A stretch of 64,000 nt of DNA from an uncultured Verrucomicrobiae bacterium (GCA_963719495.1 CAVRCI010000004.1:310620-374619); one strand, 5' to 3'. Counted from the first letter of the stretch, positions 18,249-28,653 are shown. Numbers and translations are program-made. The notes: generated by a model from the sequence alone, not told the origin.

Positions 18249-19355
18249 CTACGACTCACGCATCCGCAATCGCACGACGGCATTTTGCGGGACTGACGCG
18301 AGGTCGGCCACCGGCACGCGAGTGGTGATCACGAAAAAACTCGTCGGATAGGAAAATAGGAGGTGCATGAAGAGCGCGACCAACGGCTCGCACTGGATCC
18401 GACCGACTCCGGTCTCCGGAGCCGACATCACGGAGTCAAGTCCGTCGAAGACGTAGAGAGTCGGGGTGTTGGCCGCGAGAGTGAGTAGAAATTCCGTCAC
18501 ATCCGCGGGGGGAGCGTCGAGCGGAACGCGGACTTCCAAAGCGCCTTCCATTGCCTCGACCCATTGGGCGTAGGGGTCTCGGCTCTGCGCCCCGCAGCCG
18601 TCGAAGGAGCAAATGATGACGCGTCGCAACGGCCGACATCCGATGCCGACCGGATGCCGGATCCAATCCGCGAGGAGTCCGGTCTTTCCCGAGTCGGGAG
18701 GTCCAATGATTTCCAGCCCGCGCGCCACGGAGTGGCTGAGGGCGGCGTGCAGGGAGGCGCGGTGGAAGGCGGTCGCCGCCCGGTCGGCGGGACCTGCCGG
18801 GAGATTCCCGATGATCTTCAGAACACCCGGATCGGGTTCGGCAAGGTCGAGTCGCAGCGTGAGGATCAATCGGGTGAGCGTCTCGTGGTCGACCTCCCCG
18901 CCGTCGACCAGCACGGTGATCTGAGTCGGCAGCAGAGCGTGGCTTCCGCGTGCGGGAAAGATTTTCACCGGTTGGCCGGGATCGTTGAGCTGGGAATTCC
19001 TGCGGTCGAACCACATCTGGAGCCGCCTCCTCGGAGAGTCCCCGGGCACGATCTCCAGCATATCGCGCAGGTAACCCAGGCCGTCGGCCTTGTGAACGAG
19101 GTTGTCCACCGTGCTGGCGGCGCTGCCCCGCCCCCCGATCAGGAGCGGCAATCCCTGCGACTTGTCCGCGACACGTAGTCGGAGCAGAGCCAGAGAGAGC
19201 GAAAGGATTCCTCTCCCCCAGGTGAAGCACGGCCCGCCCGGAGCGGTCTCCCGCCGCTCGTCGCACACCCGGCAGCCGCCGCTGGATCGAAGGACCGTGC
19301 GAACGAGGCGCGGAGGTCCGTCGTTGGCGAAGTGCAATTCGATTTGATCCTTCAT
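18249..19355 (-). CDS. Hypothetical protein: unknown N-terminal domain plus P-loop (STAND/NACHT-like) NTPase domain
   Basis: Walker A GPPDSGKT, Walker B LYVFDGLD, sensor-like VITTR. Confidence 0.7.
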   Translation of the reverse strand: MKDQIELHFANDGPPRLVRTVLRSSGGCRVCDERRETAPGGPCFTWGRGILSLSLALLRLRVADKSQGLPLLIGGRGSAASTVDNLVHKADGLGYLRDMLEIVPGDSPRRRLQMWFDRRNSQLNDPGQPVKIFPARGSHALLPTQITVLVDGGEVDHETLTRLILTLRLDLAEPDPGVLKIIGNLPAGPADRAATAFHRASLHAALSHSVARGLEIIGPPDSGKTGLLADWIRHPVGIGCRPLRRVIICSFDGCGAQSRDPYAQWVEAMEGALEVRVPLDAPPADVTEFLLTLAANTPTLYVFDGLDSVMSAPETGVGRIQCEPLVALFMHLLFSYPTSFFVITTRVPVADLASVPQNAVVRLRMRES

Positions 19356-19562
19356 GGCAGATGCGAAGTCGACGGCGCCCGTCGCAATAGCTCCACGCCT
19401 CGTTCCAGGCAAAGTAAATTCTGCGGCGAACGGAACTTTGGAAGTTTGGAAGAAAGTTTGGAAAATGGTTGGGAAGACAAAAAACCGGACGAGCCGCTAA
19501 AAGCTCCGTTCATACCGACAAAGCAGCGCCCAGCGGAGTCCCATTACCACTGTCCGCGTCGG

Positions 19563-20252
19563 ATGAATCCCATGAAAACTCGTTCCATTCTCCGCAATCT
19601 TCTGGAATCGCCGCTCGGTCTCGGTGTGCTGGCTCTCGTCGCCGATTTCGCCGCGTTGGGGGGATTCTTGCTGTTCTCATCGAGCGACGATCCCGAGCTG
19701 ACGGCTGCGCCGACAGCCGCGGAGCCGGCCGCGCGCACCGAGGCGCGCCTGCCGCTGTCAGCGTCGTCCGGCCAGACAGACGCCCGGCTGACCGAGACGT
19801 CGAGCGAGACGGTCCATGATTCAAGTTTCACCCTCGACGCGGCAAAGGCCGAGGTCGTGACGACCGACGGTGCTGTGATGCGGCTTGAATCCACGGAGGG
19901 ATTGTTCGAGCGGGTATTCATCCCGATGGGGGAGCCCGTGACGTTCCGCGTGAGCGTTCCGCGCTTGGTGGCTGGGGCTGAGGTGAGCATCGCGGCACCG
20001 AATGGCGGCTCGCTCCGGTGGCTCGACGGGCCAATGAAGTTCAAGGCCTTGGGCGGTGCTGAGGAACTCGAGTTCGAGCTCGCACCGACTCTCGGCCGGG
20101 GTGCCTACAACGTGACGATCCGCCAATCCGGTTCCGTGGCCACCCTCAACTTCTGGGCGGGCGAACTCAATCCCGCCGGCCAACCCGGGCCGGCTTACGT
20201 GCAGACCAACTCCACCGACATCTCATCCTCTCCAAATCAAATCGACCCATGA
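19563..20252 (+). CDS. Hypothetical membrane-anchored protein, beta-rich C-terminus, translationally coupled to the Rhs gene
   Basis: One N-terminal hydrophobic segment; ATGA overlap at 20249-20252. Confidence 0.65.
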   Translation: MNPMKTRSILRNLLESPLGLGVLALVADFAALGGFLLFSSSDDPELTAAPTAAEPAARTEARLPLSASSGQTDARLTETSSETVHDSSFTLDAAKAEVVTTDGAVMRLESTEGLFERVFIPMGEPVTFRVSVPRLVAGAEVSIAAPNGGSLRWLDGPMKFKALGGAEELEFELAPTLGRGAYNVTIRQSGSVATLNFWAGELNPAGQPGPAYVQTNSTDISSSPNQIDP

Positions 20253-23038
20253 AATCGACCTATCACCTGCTCGCGTGCCTCGTCGCGCCGATCTCCATCG
20301 TTTTCAACTCGTTCGCATTCGACCCCGGATGCGGCAATCCGGGGCAGAACGAGCCGGACTGTCCGCCGCCGCCGGTCGGCACCAATCCGATCAATCCGCA
20401 CCGAGGGTCCCTGCTGCGCGAGGTCACGGATTTGGAGACCTTCGGCGCTGCGCCGATTCAGTTCACCCGGCACTACAACAGCCGCACGCGCGATTACACC
20501 AAGCCTCGCTGGGAATTTGGCACGCAGTGGACGTGGCAGCACAACTGGCAATATGAAGTGCGCGAATCGAGCACGAGTGACTTTGGGTTTCCGCGCCTGA
20601 TCGTCCGTTATCCCGCGGGACGGGAGTATTATTTCCGCGCGGTGGACGCGACTGGGAGCGTGCGAGTACCGGACGCAAACTGCGGCGACCGCCTGTATCC
20701 GACCGGGACGGGCCTTTACACGCTGCGCACACCGGAGGGCCGCCAATACGAGTTCCGGAAAACCGGGAGCGGATCGAGCTACGAGTATCTGCTCGACCGC
20801 GTAAGGAATGGGACGGGCTGGACGTGGACGCTCACCTATCAAACCCAGGGCGGCAAGCAGCGCCTCTATCGGATCACGAATAACTACGGACGCTACATTC
20901 AGATCACTCGCGCATCCGGTGCAAACGGCTACTGGCAGATCACTTCGATCAAGACGAATGACAATCGCATCGTGAACTACACCTACTCCACTTGGGCGCC
21001 AACCTCCGAAACGGTGCTGACGAAGGTCACCTATCCGGGAGCCGAGGAGGCAAACTATACGTGGTGCGGATCGGACTCACTTACCGCCGGACCCCCGGTC
21101 CTGGAAAGCGCGGACGATCCGATGCAAAGCACCAGCGGCAGCCGGATGAAGTACGTTTACAACTACACTGCCACCTACGGCGGATCGAACATCGTCAATG
21201 GCACGATCCTCGAGGAGCGCAATCTCGTGACGAATCAGCTCGTGGTCAGCCTGCCGCTGGGTTCGGGCCTGTATCCCCAAGTGACCGAGGGGAATGGCAC
21301 GGAATTGCTCCGGAAATACAACACCTTCGGTGTGTCCACGGAATTTGCCGACGGCGAAGGGCGCACGACGAGCTTTACCCGCGACGCGGGCGGTGCGGGA
21401 TTCATCACGAGCATCGCCGAGCCGGGCGGCGCGACGACCAGCTACACGCGGGACTTCGCCGGGCGCGTCCTCGCGCGGACGGATGCCCTGAGCGGCGTGC
21501 AGACCCGCACCTACAACGCCAATGGCTTCCTGCTCACGGACACGGATGAGCTTTCGCGTACGACCACGCACACCCGCGACACGAACAACCGGATCACGCG
21601 CACGGACCACCCGGACGGGACCTACGAGATCTTCACCTACACCGGCACGGGCCTCATGAAGACGCACCGCCTGCGCAATGGCACCACCGAGACCTTCACC
21701 TACGACAGTTGGGGCAATCTCGTCACCCATGTCGATGCGGCGAGCCACACGTGGACCTTTACGTATCACTCAAGCGGGATGCGCGCGACGAGCAAGGACC
21801 CGCGCAACTACACGACCAGCTACCAGTCCACCTGGCGGGGCCTGCTCACGCGGGTGACGCATCCTGACAGCAGCTACCGGGAATTCGGCTACAGCCCGTA
21901 TGGAAAAAAGACGAGTGACCGCAACGAGCTGGGCCACACCTCGAACTTCACCTACACGGAATACAACCAGCTCGCGACGCAGACCGATCCGCTTAATCGC
22001 ACCACGACCTACGAGTACGGCCGCGAGCCAAGCTGCGGCACCTGCGGGTATTTGCAGACCGTCGCGAAGGTGACGCTGCCCAGTGGCAAGGTGACTGACA
22101 ATCACTACGACTTGAGCGGCAAGCTCCTCTCCCAAGTCGTCGCTCCCGGAACTGCCGACGAGGCGACCACCACGTGGTCCTACGATGCCCGCGGACGCGT
22201 CCAGACGACGACCGACGCACGCGGCAAGGTGACCAGCTTCACCTACGACCTGCTCGACCGGATGCTCACGGAGACCGATCCGCTCCTGCACACCACGACG
22301 AACAGCTACGACGCCGTCGGCAATCTGCTCACGGTCACGCGGCCGGACACGACCGTGTTCACTTACACCTACGACACGATGAACCGTCGTCTCACCGAGA
22401 CGAATCCCAATAGCGAGACGACGACCTACACGTATCACCCAGATGGGTCGCTCGCCTCGCTGAAAGATGCGAGGAACAGCCTCTACTCGTTTCTCGTGGA
22501 CCCGCTCTCGCGGCGCACGCGGATGACGTATCCCGTTGGGAGCTACGAAAACTGGACCTACGACGGCGCTGGAAACCTCTCGATCTACCGTGCGCGTAAC
22601 GGAGCCATGAGAACGTGCACTTACGATAGCCGCAACCGCGATACGCTGTGCGACTGGAGCGACACCACAGGCGACGTGTCGAAAGTCTACGATGCCGCAA
22701 GCCGGGTGACGAGTCTTACGAAGGGCTTGACGCTGAGCTACACCTACACCGATGCGAATGAACTCCAGAGTGAGACTTATCAGTTTGGAGGGGCGGTAGG
22801 GAACAAGGTCGTCAGCTATGAATACGACGCGGACGGCAACCGTACGACATTGACTTATCCGGACGGCACCATAGTCGGAAAGGGGTCGGTCATTCATATT
22901 GACACATATACCCCGCAATGGATCACAGATCGAGCCTCCCGATATGCCCATATGAATGACCGACCCCTCCTAGAAGGGCGAGCCGGAACTCCAAATAAAG
23001 TGATGCGGCCGCATCACTTTATTGGGAATGTGAGTTAG
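20249..23038 (+). pseudogene. Signal-peptide Rhs/YD-repeat protein truncated at about 22875 (no Rhs core or toxin C-terminus)
   Basis: DUF6531-like NPINP...DL...FTRHYNSR; many YD repeats; frame runs into the 88-bp element; no PxxxxDPxG. Confidence 0.85.
22881..22968. mobile_element. 88-bp non-autonomous element (MITE/REP-like), perfect 19-bp terminal inverted repeats, copy 1
   Basis: AGGGGTCGGTCATTCATAT...ATATGAATGACCGACCCCT; 22876-22971 equals 25817-25912 with one mismatch. Confidence 0.88.
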
Positions 23039-23146
23039 GCTGGGCGCACTCTTCTCGGGAGAATCCAAGGCGGAATGGGCCGTCAACGACGAATGTCGAT
23101 GGTCACCGCTCACCGATAAAATGTAGCGGCCGCATCATTTTATCGG
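22994..23146. repeat. Pair of related long palindromes (30 bp perfect at 22994-23023; 34 bp near-perfect at 23113-23146)
   Basis: AATAAAGTGATGCGGCCGCATCACTTTATT and CCGATAAAATGTAGCGGCCGCATCATTTTATCGG. Confidence 0.9.
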
Positions 23147-23176
23147 GGGTTTTTGTGGATTGGGTTGGCCGGGAAG

Positions 23177-24208
23177 TCAGTGCTTCGACTGGATCGTTGT
23201 GGCTCCGGCGTGCCAGCGACCGGTGACGAGATTGGTGCGGGGCTGGGCCGGTGAACCGGACTCGTTGCGGTGGAGTTGGGCGACCACCATGTCGACGGCG
23301 GCGCGGCCGACGAGACCGATCTGCGAGTCGATGCCAGAGACGGTGTGGTCGAGTTTCAGGAGATTCAAATTGATGTAGCCCGCGTCGTCCGGCACGCGCC
23401 AGCCGATGGCGGCCAGCTCCTCGCGGAAGTCGCCGTACCCGATGATCGCGTCGGGTCGGTGGCGTTTCAGCCAGGTCGCGATCCGGGATGCGTCGTCGGG
23501 AAACGACTGGTGGCAGGGCGGGATCGAGGCGATTCCTGCGGTGTATCGCTGGAAGGCCAGGAAGGCGGCGGTGAAGTGGTAGTTGGTCCGCGCGTTCGTG
23601 ACCTCGGGCAGCAGGAGGGCGAGGCGGCGGTAGCCGAGGGCTCGGGCGGATTCCAGAGCGGTCCACGAATTCTGAAATTGATTCGACGCTGCGCGGTGGA
23701 GGCTGGGGGAGTGAAGGGTGTGGCCGAGGGTCACGGCGCTGTAGTGGGCCCACGGGAACTCGAGTTCGGGAAATTCGGACGCGACGGGAAGGACGATGAC
23801 GCCGCGGATTCCTTGCGCCTCGAAGATGCGGTGGAGGCGGGCGGCGGAGGTCGCGCCGGGTCCGCGGAGCGAAAAAATCTCGGCCCGGAATCCGAGTTCC
23901 ACGCAGCGATGTTCGATCCCGCGGAGGAGCGTGCCGTAGAGCGGGTCCTTGCGAAATGTCGTCGCGGCACCGTGGTTGTTGATCAACGCCATGGGGTAGA
24001 CGGCGTCGGGGGATTTGTGGGCTGACCGCTGCGCCATGAGCGCGGAGACCAGGGGGTTGGGACGGTAGCCCATTTTTTTGGCGAGGGCTCGGATGCGCTT
24101 TCGGACTTTGGTCGAGACGCGGGAGCTGTCCCGCAAGGCCAGCGACACGGTCATCCTCGACACGCTGGCGACGGTGGCGATCTCCTGCATGGTGGGGGGC
24201 TTGGCCAT
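23177..24208 (-). CDS. LacI-family transcriptional regulator
   Basis: PTMQEIATVASVSRMTVSLALR...MGYRPN HTH; periplasmic-binding-like effector domain. Confidence 0.95.
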   Translation of the reverse strand: MAKPPTMQEIATVASVSRMTVSLALRDSSRVSTKVRKRIRALAKKMGYRPNPLVSALMAQRSAHKSPDAVYPMALINNHGAATTFRKDPLYGTLLRGIEHRCVELGFRAEIFSLRGPGATSAARLHRIFEAQGIRGVIVLPVASEFPELEFPWAHYSAVTLGHTLHSPSLHRAASNQFQNSWTALESARALGYRRLALLLPEVTNARTNYHFTAAFLAFQRYTAGIASIPPCHQSFPDDASRIATWLKRHRPDAIIGYGDFREELAAIGWRVPDDAGYINLNLLKLDHTVSGIDSQIGLVGRAAVDMVVAQLHRNESGSPAQPRTNLVTGRWHAGATTIQSKH

Positions 24209-24254
24209 GACTCAAGAAAACCGGGGCGCGTGGGTGCGGCAAGGGAGGATTGTA

Positions 24255-24266
24255 TTTACGGGTAAA
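24255..24266. promoter_or_regulatory. Candidate LacI operator TTTAC-GG-GTAAA
   Basis: Palindrome in the 107-bp divergent gap between the LacI and BNR-4 genes. Confidence 0.45.
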
Positions 24267-24315
24267 CGTGCCGTGAAATTGAGGGTACGCGTCCGGCGGG
24301 GGAGTTTTCGCTCGT

Positions 24316-25896
24316 ATGAAAGAGACGCCGTCCGTCGACCCAGCGACCGCTTCCGAGCCGGACTCCGAGACCCATCAGCCGCCGGTCATCCGCAGTAATC
24401 CCGCCAATCGCGAATTGGCGAAGGCGATGCCTCGACCGGAAGCGCAGGAGATTTTCTGCACGAAGGGGGATGGCTATCGCGGAATCTGGTGGGGGCAAAC
24501 CGCGACGGGGGACGAATACGTTTATAAATATTCCGGCGGGCTGGGGACGTATCCGGTGCAGAACGCCCCGTTCGCCGTGTATCGCGAGGAGGTCGGGAAG
24601 ACGTTTTTCGTGTGGGGTGGCGCGACCGTGGAGGGTTGGCGGGACGTGGAAACGCGGGGGCCGCGGTGGGACTACGGATCGGGGGAATTGCTTCACATGG
24701 TGAGCTATTACGATCACCGGACGGGGCAGGTGCCGCGGCCGACGGTGTTGTTCGACAAGTGGACGGCGGACCCGCACGACAACCCCGTGCTGACGATCGA
24801 CGACGAGGGATACTTGTGGATTTTCTCGCCGTCGCACGGGCATTGGACGACGCCGTCGTTCGTGCACCGGAGCGTGGAGCCGTATTCGATCGAGCAGTTC
24901 GTGACTGTCAGCGAGGGCTTGTTCGCTTATCCGCAGGTTTGGTGGACGCGCGGGAAAGGGCTTTCGTTTTTTCACACGAATTACGGGACCGTCGAGGCTC
25001 GGGCTGCGGATCGGGGGATTTGTTATCGGCACAGTCGGGATGGATTCGAGTGGGGATCGGCGGTGCGGCTCGGGTGCTGTGAATTGGGGCACTATCAAGT
25101 GACCGCGGAGCGGAGCGGTGTCGTGGCGACGGCGTTCGACGTTCATCCCAACGAGGGGGGGCTCGAGGCGCGGACGAATTTTTATTACCTGCAATCGACG
25201 GACTTCGGAAAGACGTGGACGACCGCGGCGGGCGAGGAAGTTGTCGTTCCCGTCGACCGGCGTGATCATCCCGCGCTGGTCCGGGATTTTCACGCTGAGG
25301 GGCTGCTTTGTTACATCAAACACCTCGTGCTCGACGGGGAGGGGAACCCGCACGTGCATCTCGTGACGTCGCGGGGTTGGGAGCCGGGGCCGGAGAAGGG
25401 TCCGCACGTCTGGCACGTCGCAACCTGCCGGGATGGAGTGTGGATTTACGAGGAGGTGCTCCGCAGCGACTGCAACTACGACATGGGAAGTCTCACCGTG
25501 CAAGCGGACGGGTCGCGCAGTCTGGTCGGGACCTCGGGCAAGGGGCCGCAGGAATTCAACACCGGAGGGGAGGTCGAGCTGTGGTCGCAGTCGGCGGTCG
25601 GCGAGCCGTGGACTCGCGAGCGCGTCCTGACCGACGGGAGTGAGCGCAATCACAGTCACCCCCGGTGCGCGGTGGATGCACACGCTGAGTTTCGCGCGCT
25701 GTGGGCGGACGGGCACACGCGGCAACCGTCGCCGTCGCGGTTGTATTTCACCAACGCCGCCGGGGACGTCCGGGTGCTGCCGGATCGAATGGACGATGAT
25801 TTTGCGACGCCTTTGCCGGAAAGGGGTCGGTCATTCATATTGACACATATACCCCGCAATGGATCACAGATCGAGGCTCCCGATATGCCCATATGA
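24316..25896 (+). CDS. BNR-4 repeat (beta-propeller) carbohydrate-active protein; last ~25 codons come from the 88-bp element
   Basis: YKYSGGLGTY, DPHDNPVL.IDDEGYLWIF, Asp-box STDFGKTW. Confidence 0.8.
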   Translation: MKETPSVDPATASEPDSETHQPPVIRSNPANRELAKAMPRPEAQEIFCTKGDGYRGIWWGQTATGDEYVYKYSGGLGTYPVQNAPFAVYREEVGKTFFVWGGATVEGWRDVETRGPRWDYGSGELLHMVSYYDHRTGQVPRPTVLFDKWTADPHDNPVLTIDDEGYLWIFSPSHGHWTTPSFVHRSVEPYSIEQFVTVSEGLFAYPQVWWTRGKGLSFFHTNYGTVEARAADRGICYRHSRDGFEWGSAVRLGCCELGHYQVTAERSGVVATAFDVHPNEGGLEARTNFYYLQSTDFGKTWTTAAGEEVVVPVDRRDHPALVRDFHAEGLLCYIKHLVLDGEGNPHVHLVTSRGWEPGPEKGPHVWHVATCRDGVWIYEEVLRSDCNYDMGSLTVQADGSRSLVGTSGKGPQEFNTGGEVELWSQSAVGEPWTRERVLTDGSERNHSHPRCAVDAHAEFRALWADGHTRQPSPSRLYFTNAAGDVRVLPDRMDDDFATPLPERGRSFILTHIPRNGSQIEAPDMPI

Positions 25897-25909
25897 ATGA
25901 CCGACCCCT
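25822..25909. mobile_element. 88-bp element with 19-bp terminal inverted repeats, copy 2
   Basis: Direct repeat of copy 1. Confidence 0.88.
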
Positions 25910-25913
25910 CCTC

Positions 25914-26330
25914 CGGGACGTCGCGGATCCCGAGGTGCTCGTCGGGAAGCACCTCTTTGGTCGGTTGGGGTGCGCGGAGTGTCACGTGCCGGAGTTTCGG
26001 ACGGCGGAGGTGGAGGGGTTTCCGGAAGTGTCGGGTCAGCGGATTTTTCCGTATTCCGATTTACTGCTGCACGACATGGGGGACGGCTTGGCGGATGGAC
26101 GGGGTGACTTCGAAGCGAACGGGCGGGAGTGGCGGACGCCGCCGCTCTGGGGGATCGGTTTGGTGGAGACGGTGAATGGGCATTCCGAATTTCTGCACGA
26201 TGGGCGGGCGCGGAGCTTGGAGGAGGCCGTGTTGTGGCACGGCGGCGAGGCGGAGGGGTCGCGGGACGCTTACCTTGGGCTTGCGAAGGTTGAGCGGACG
26301 GCGGTTTTGCGATTCTTGGAGTCGCTGTAG
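25914..26330 (+). pseudogene. Duplicated 3' part of the DHOR gene (second heme domain)
   Basis: RDVADPEVLVGKHLFGRLGCAECH...RFLESL, highly similar to 17110-17526. Confidence 0.93.
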
Positions 26331-26454
26331 CGCGTCACGCCAGATTGCGGGACGAGATGGCCCGTTGCAGCTCGTCTGATCGGATGGGAGGACTCCAGTC
26401 GTTCGGGGCGTGAGCGGATGAATTTAGTTGTCGGCGGATCCGGTGCCGCGGAGC

Positions 26455-27423
26455 TCAGGCCTTCGCCTGACTGCGAGTCCGACGTCGGAGCAGCAGCAGC
26501 GTGAGTCCAGCCACGCAGACGAATGCTATGGTTCCGGGTTCCGGCACCGGATTCAGGACGTAGAGGGTCTGCGGCGAATTGCCCGGTCCCATTTCGCCGA
26601 CCAGATAGATGTTCCCGGCGAGATCAATGGTGACGCCTTCGATTGCCTTGGTGCCGGTGAAGGTCTGGAGCGAGATCGAACTGAGAAGATCGCCGTTGCC
26701 GTCGACTTCGAGCAGACGGGCCGACTCCTGACTCAGAATCAAGAGATTGTCCGCCAGACCGGTATTCACGAATGACGGAACGGTGCCAAGACTCTGGATG
26801 TCGGCAAAATCCGTGACTCCGAAGGCCGCAATTTGCGCCGCAGTGAAGGGCCGGGTGAGATCGACGGCGAGAGTGACCGGGTCGAAAGTGAATCGGTAGA
26901 CGTCGAGCGGGGTCTTCTCCTTCACGCCGTAGTAGACGGCAGCGGTGGGGTCATAGCTCAATCCCTCCAACCCAGCGTTGCCGACGTTGTCCGGGGTCCC
27001 GAAGAGGTCGATGCGGGTGGATTGGGCCAGGTCGATGGTCTGGACGGGGTCGGGGAACGTCGTTTCAAAAATGAAGCCGGCGCGGATGCGCTCGAGTCCA
27101 TACATGTAGCGATTGTTGCCGAGGTAGGTGATGGCCTCGGCGTCGGTGGTGTTGACGCCCGGTTGGTTCGGGTGCCCGGAGATGCGGATGCGACCGAGTT
27201 GCTGACCGAATCGATTGATTTCGACCACGTCGAAGGCCTCATCGTCGACGATGACGAAGGAGTCGCGGTCCCAATTGTAAGTGATGGCCGAGGCCTCGGG
27301 GACGGCGAAGGGGAGGGTGAAGGTGCCCCCGAGGGTGTAGCCCGCGAGATTTAAAGACGTCTGAGCGGAAAGCGGCAGGCTGATGAGAGCCGTGAGTGCG
27401 ATGGCGAATTGAATGGTTTTCAT
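26455..27423 (-). CDS. SdiA-regulated (YjiK-like) propeller domain protein with PEP-CTERM
   Basis: Signal peptide; EASAITYNWD, DAEAITY, NAGLEGLSYD, VKEKTP, LILSQES; VPEP-TM-RRR. Confidence 0.88.
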   Translation of the reverse strand: MKTIQFAIALTALISLPLSAQTSLNLAGYTLGGTFTLPFAVPEASAITYNWDRDSFVIVDDEAFDVVEINRFGQQLGRIRISGHPNQPGVNTTDAEAITYLGNNRYMYGLERIRAGFIFETTFPDPVQTIDLAQSTRIDLFGTPDNVGNAGLEGLSYDPTAAVYYGVKEKTPLDVYRFTFDPVTLAVDLTRPFTAAQIAAFGVTDFADIQSLGTVPSFVNTGLADNLLILSQESARLLEVDGNGDLLSSISLQTFTGTKAIEGVTIDLAGNIYLVGEMGPGNSPQTLYVLNPVPEPGTIAFVCVAGLTLLLLRRRTRSQAKA

Positions 27424-27493
27424 TGGACGAAAAACGAACGCGCCCTGGTGGCGGGCGCGTTCGCGGATTCGGTTGACTGGTTGGACGCGGGGA

Positions 27494-28201
27494 TCAGACG
27501 TTCCGGCGGCGGCGGGCGTGGACGGCGAGTCCACCGGCGAGGGCCAGCGTCAGGAGCGCGATGGTGCCCGGCTCGGGAACCGCGGCGATGCCGGGCGATC
27601 CGACGCCGCTGCCGGACTGGGCATTCACGGACCCAAAAATGCCGTCGGTCGCGGGGGCGTAGCGCGCCGTCGCTGGCGTGGTGCCGAAGTTGGGGTTGAA
27701 GACGAGCGATTGGCCGGAATTGCCGCCTCCGGCGGAGATGCCGGCGTGGCCGCCGGTCGAAGCGGTGTCGTCAGATTTCGTGAAGCCGCCTGCCGCGTAG
27801 GTGAGGGAAAGCACGAGAGCGTTTGAGCCGTCGTAAAGAAAAACACCGTCACTTTGGCCCAGGCCAGGCCCAGTCGCGGAAACGATCGGCACCGAGGCAT
27901 CGAGCGCCCAGGTCTGCCGGAACGTGGTCTCGTCGGCGCCGCCAGCGAGCAAGATGAGCGACTGACCAGCGGCGATGGAGGTCCCCAGCGGGATCGTCAC
28001 CGTCCCGGCGACTTCGGAGTCGTCGTCCCAGCTCCAAGCGGACGTCCCGGTGAACAGATTAAACGGAGTCGAACCGAAGTTGCTAATCTCCCAAAAATCA
28101 CCCCCGGTCGCGTTCGAGTTGAGTTCGGTGATGAGGATCTGGGCGTGGCCGTTGGCGACGGCGGCGAGTGTGACGGCGGTGAGAATGTGGCGGAGCTTCA
28201 T
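27494..28201 (-). CDS. Lamin-tail domain protein with PEP-CTERM
   Basis: QILITELNSN...DFWEISN.G...WSWDDDS; VPEP-TM-RRRR. Confidence 0.85.
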   Translation of the reverse strand: MKLRHILTAVTLAAVANGHAQILITELNSNATGGDFWEISNFGSTPFNLFTGTSAWSWDDDSEVAGTVTIPLGTSIAAGQSLILLAGGADETTFRQTWALDASVPIVSATGPGLGQSDGVFLYDGSNALVLSLTYAAGGFTKSDDTASTGGHAGISAGGGNSGQSLVFNPNFGTTPATARYAPATDGIFGSVNAQSGSGVGSPGIAAVPEPGTIALLTLALAGGLAVHARRRRNV

Positions 28202-28410
28202 TGGAATGGTTTGGTTCGGGCGGCAGAACAATGGGGTTCCCCGGATCGAGCAAACAATTCGGTGTGACGTTTTTGGAACGAATGTCGACGGGGGCAGGGG
28301 CCGGTGTCGAAGAAGTCCGTTCATTGGTTCAGAAACGGCCCGAGAGAATCGTTTATGAGTCCGACTGACTCTCTCGAATTGCTTGTCAGCTACCGCGTTC
28401 GACCGCCCAT

Positions 28411-28530
28411 CACACAAAGTTTCTGCACGACGGGCGGGCGCGGTGCCTGGAGGACGCTGGGTTGTTGCACGGGGGCAGGGGGGGCGTGACTTGGGGCGGG
28501 CCGGTGGTGCGGTTTTTAGAGTTGCTGTGA
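28411..28530 (+). pseudogene. Third, decayed copy of the DHOR 3' end
   Basis: HTKFLHDGRARCLEDAGLLHGG...VVRFLELL* versus HTEFLHDGRARNLEEAVLWHGG...VVRFLESL*. Confidence 0.85.
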
Positions 28531-28653
28531 AAGGTTGCGGGAGCTTGGGCGGCTTACGTGGGGGAGCGGACGGGGAAGAGTGTAGGCCAGAGATGCTTCG
28601 CTTTGCTCAGCATGACAGGTTGCGGTGATCGGCTGGAAGCCGATGCCACGGAG

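Noticed and set aside
25893..26330. Independent cytochrome c gene
   Set aside because: It is a duplicated DHOR tail whose ATG comes from the inserted element, and it has no signal peptide.
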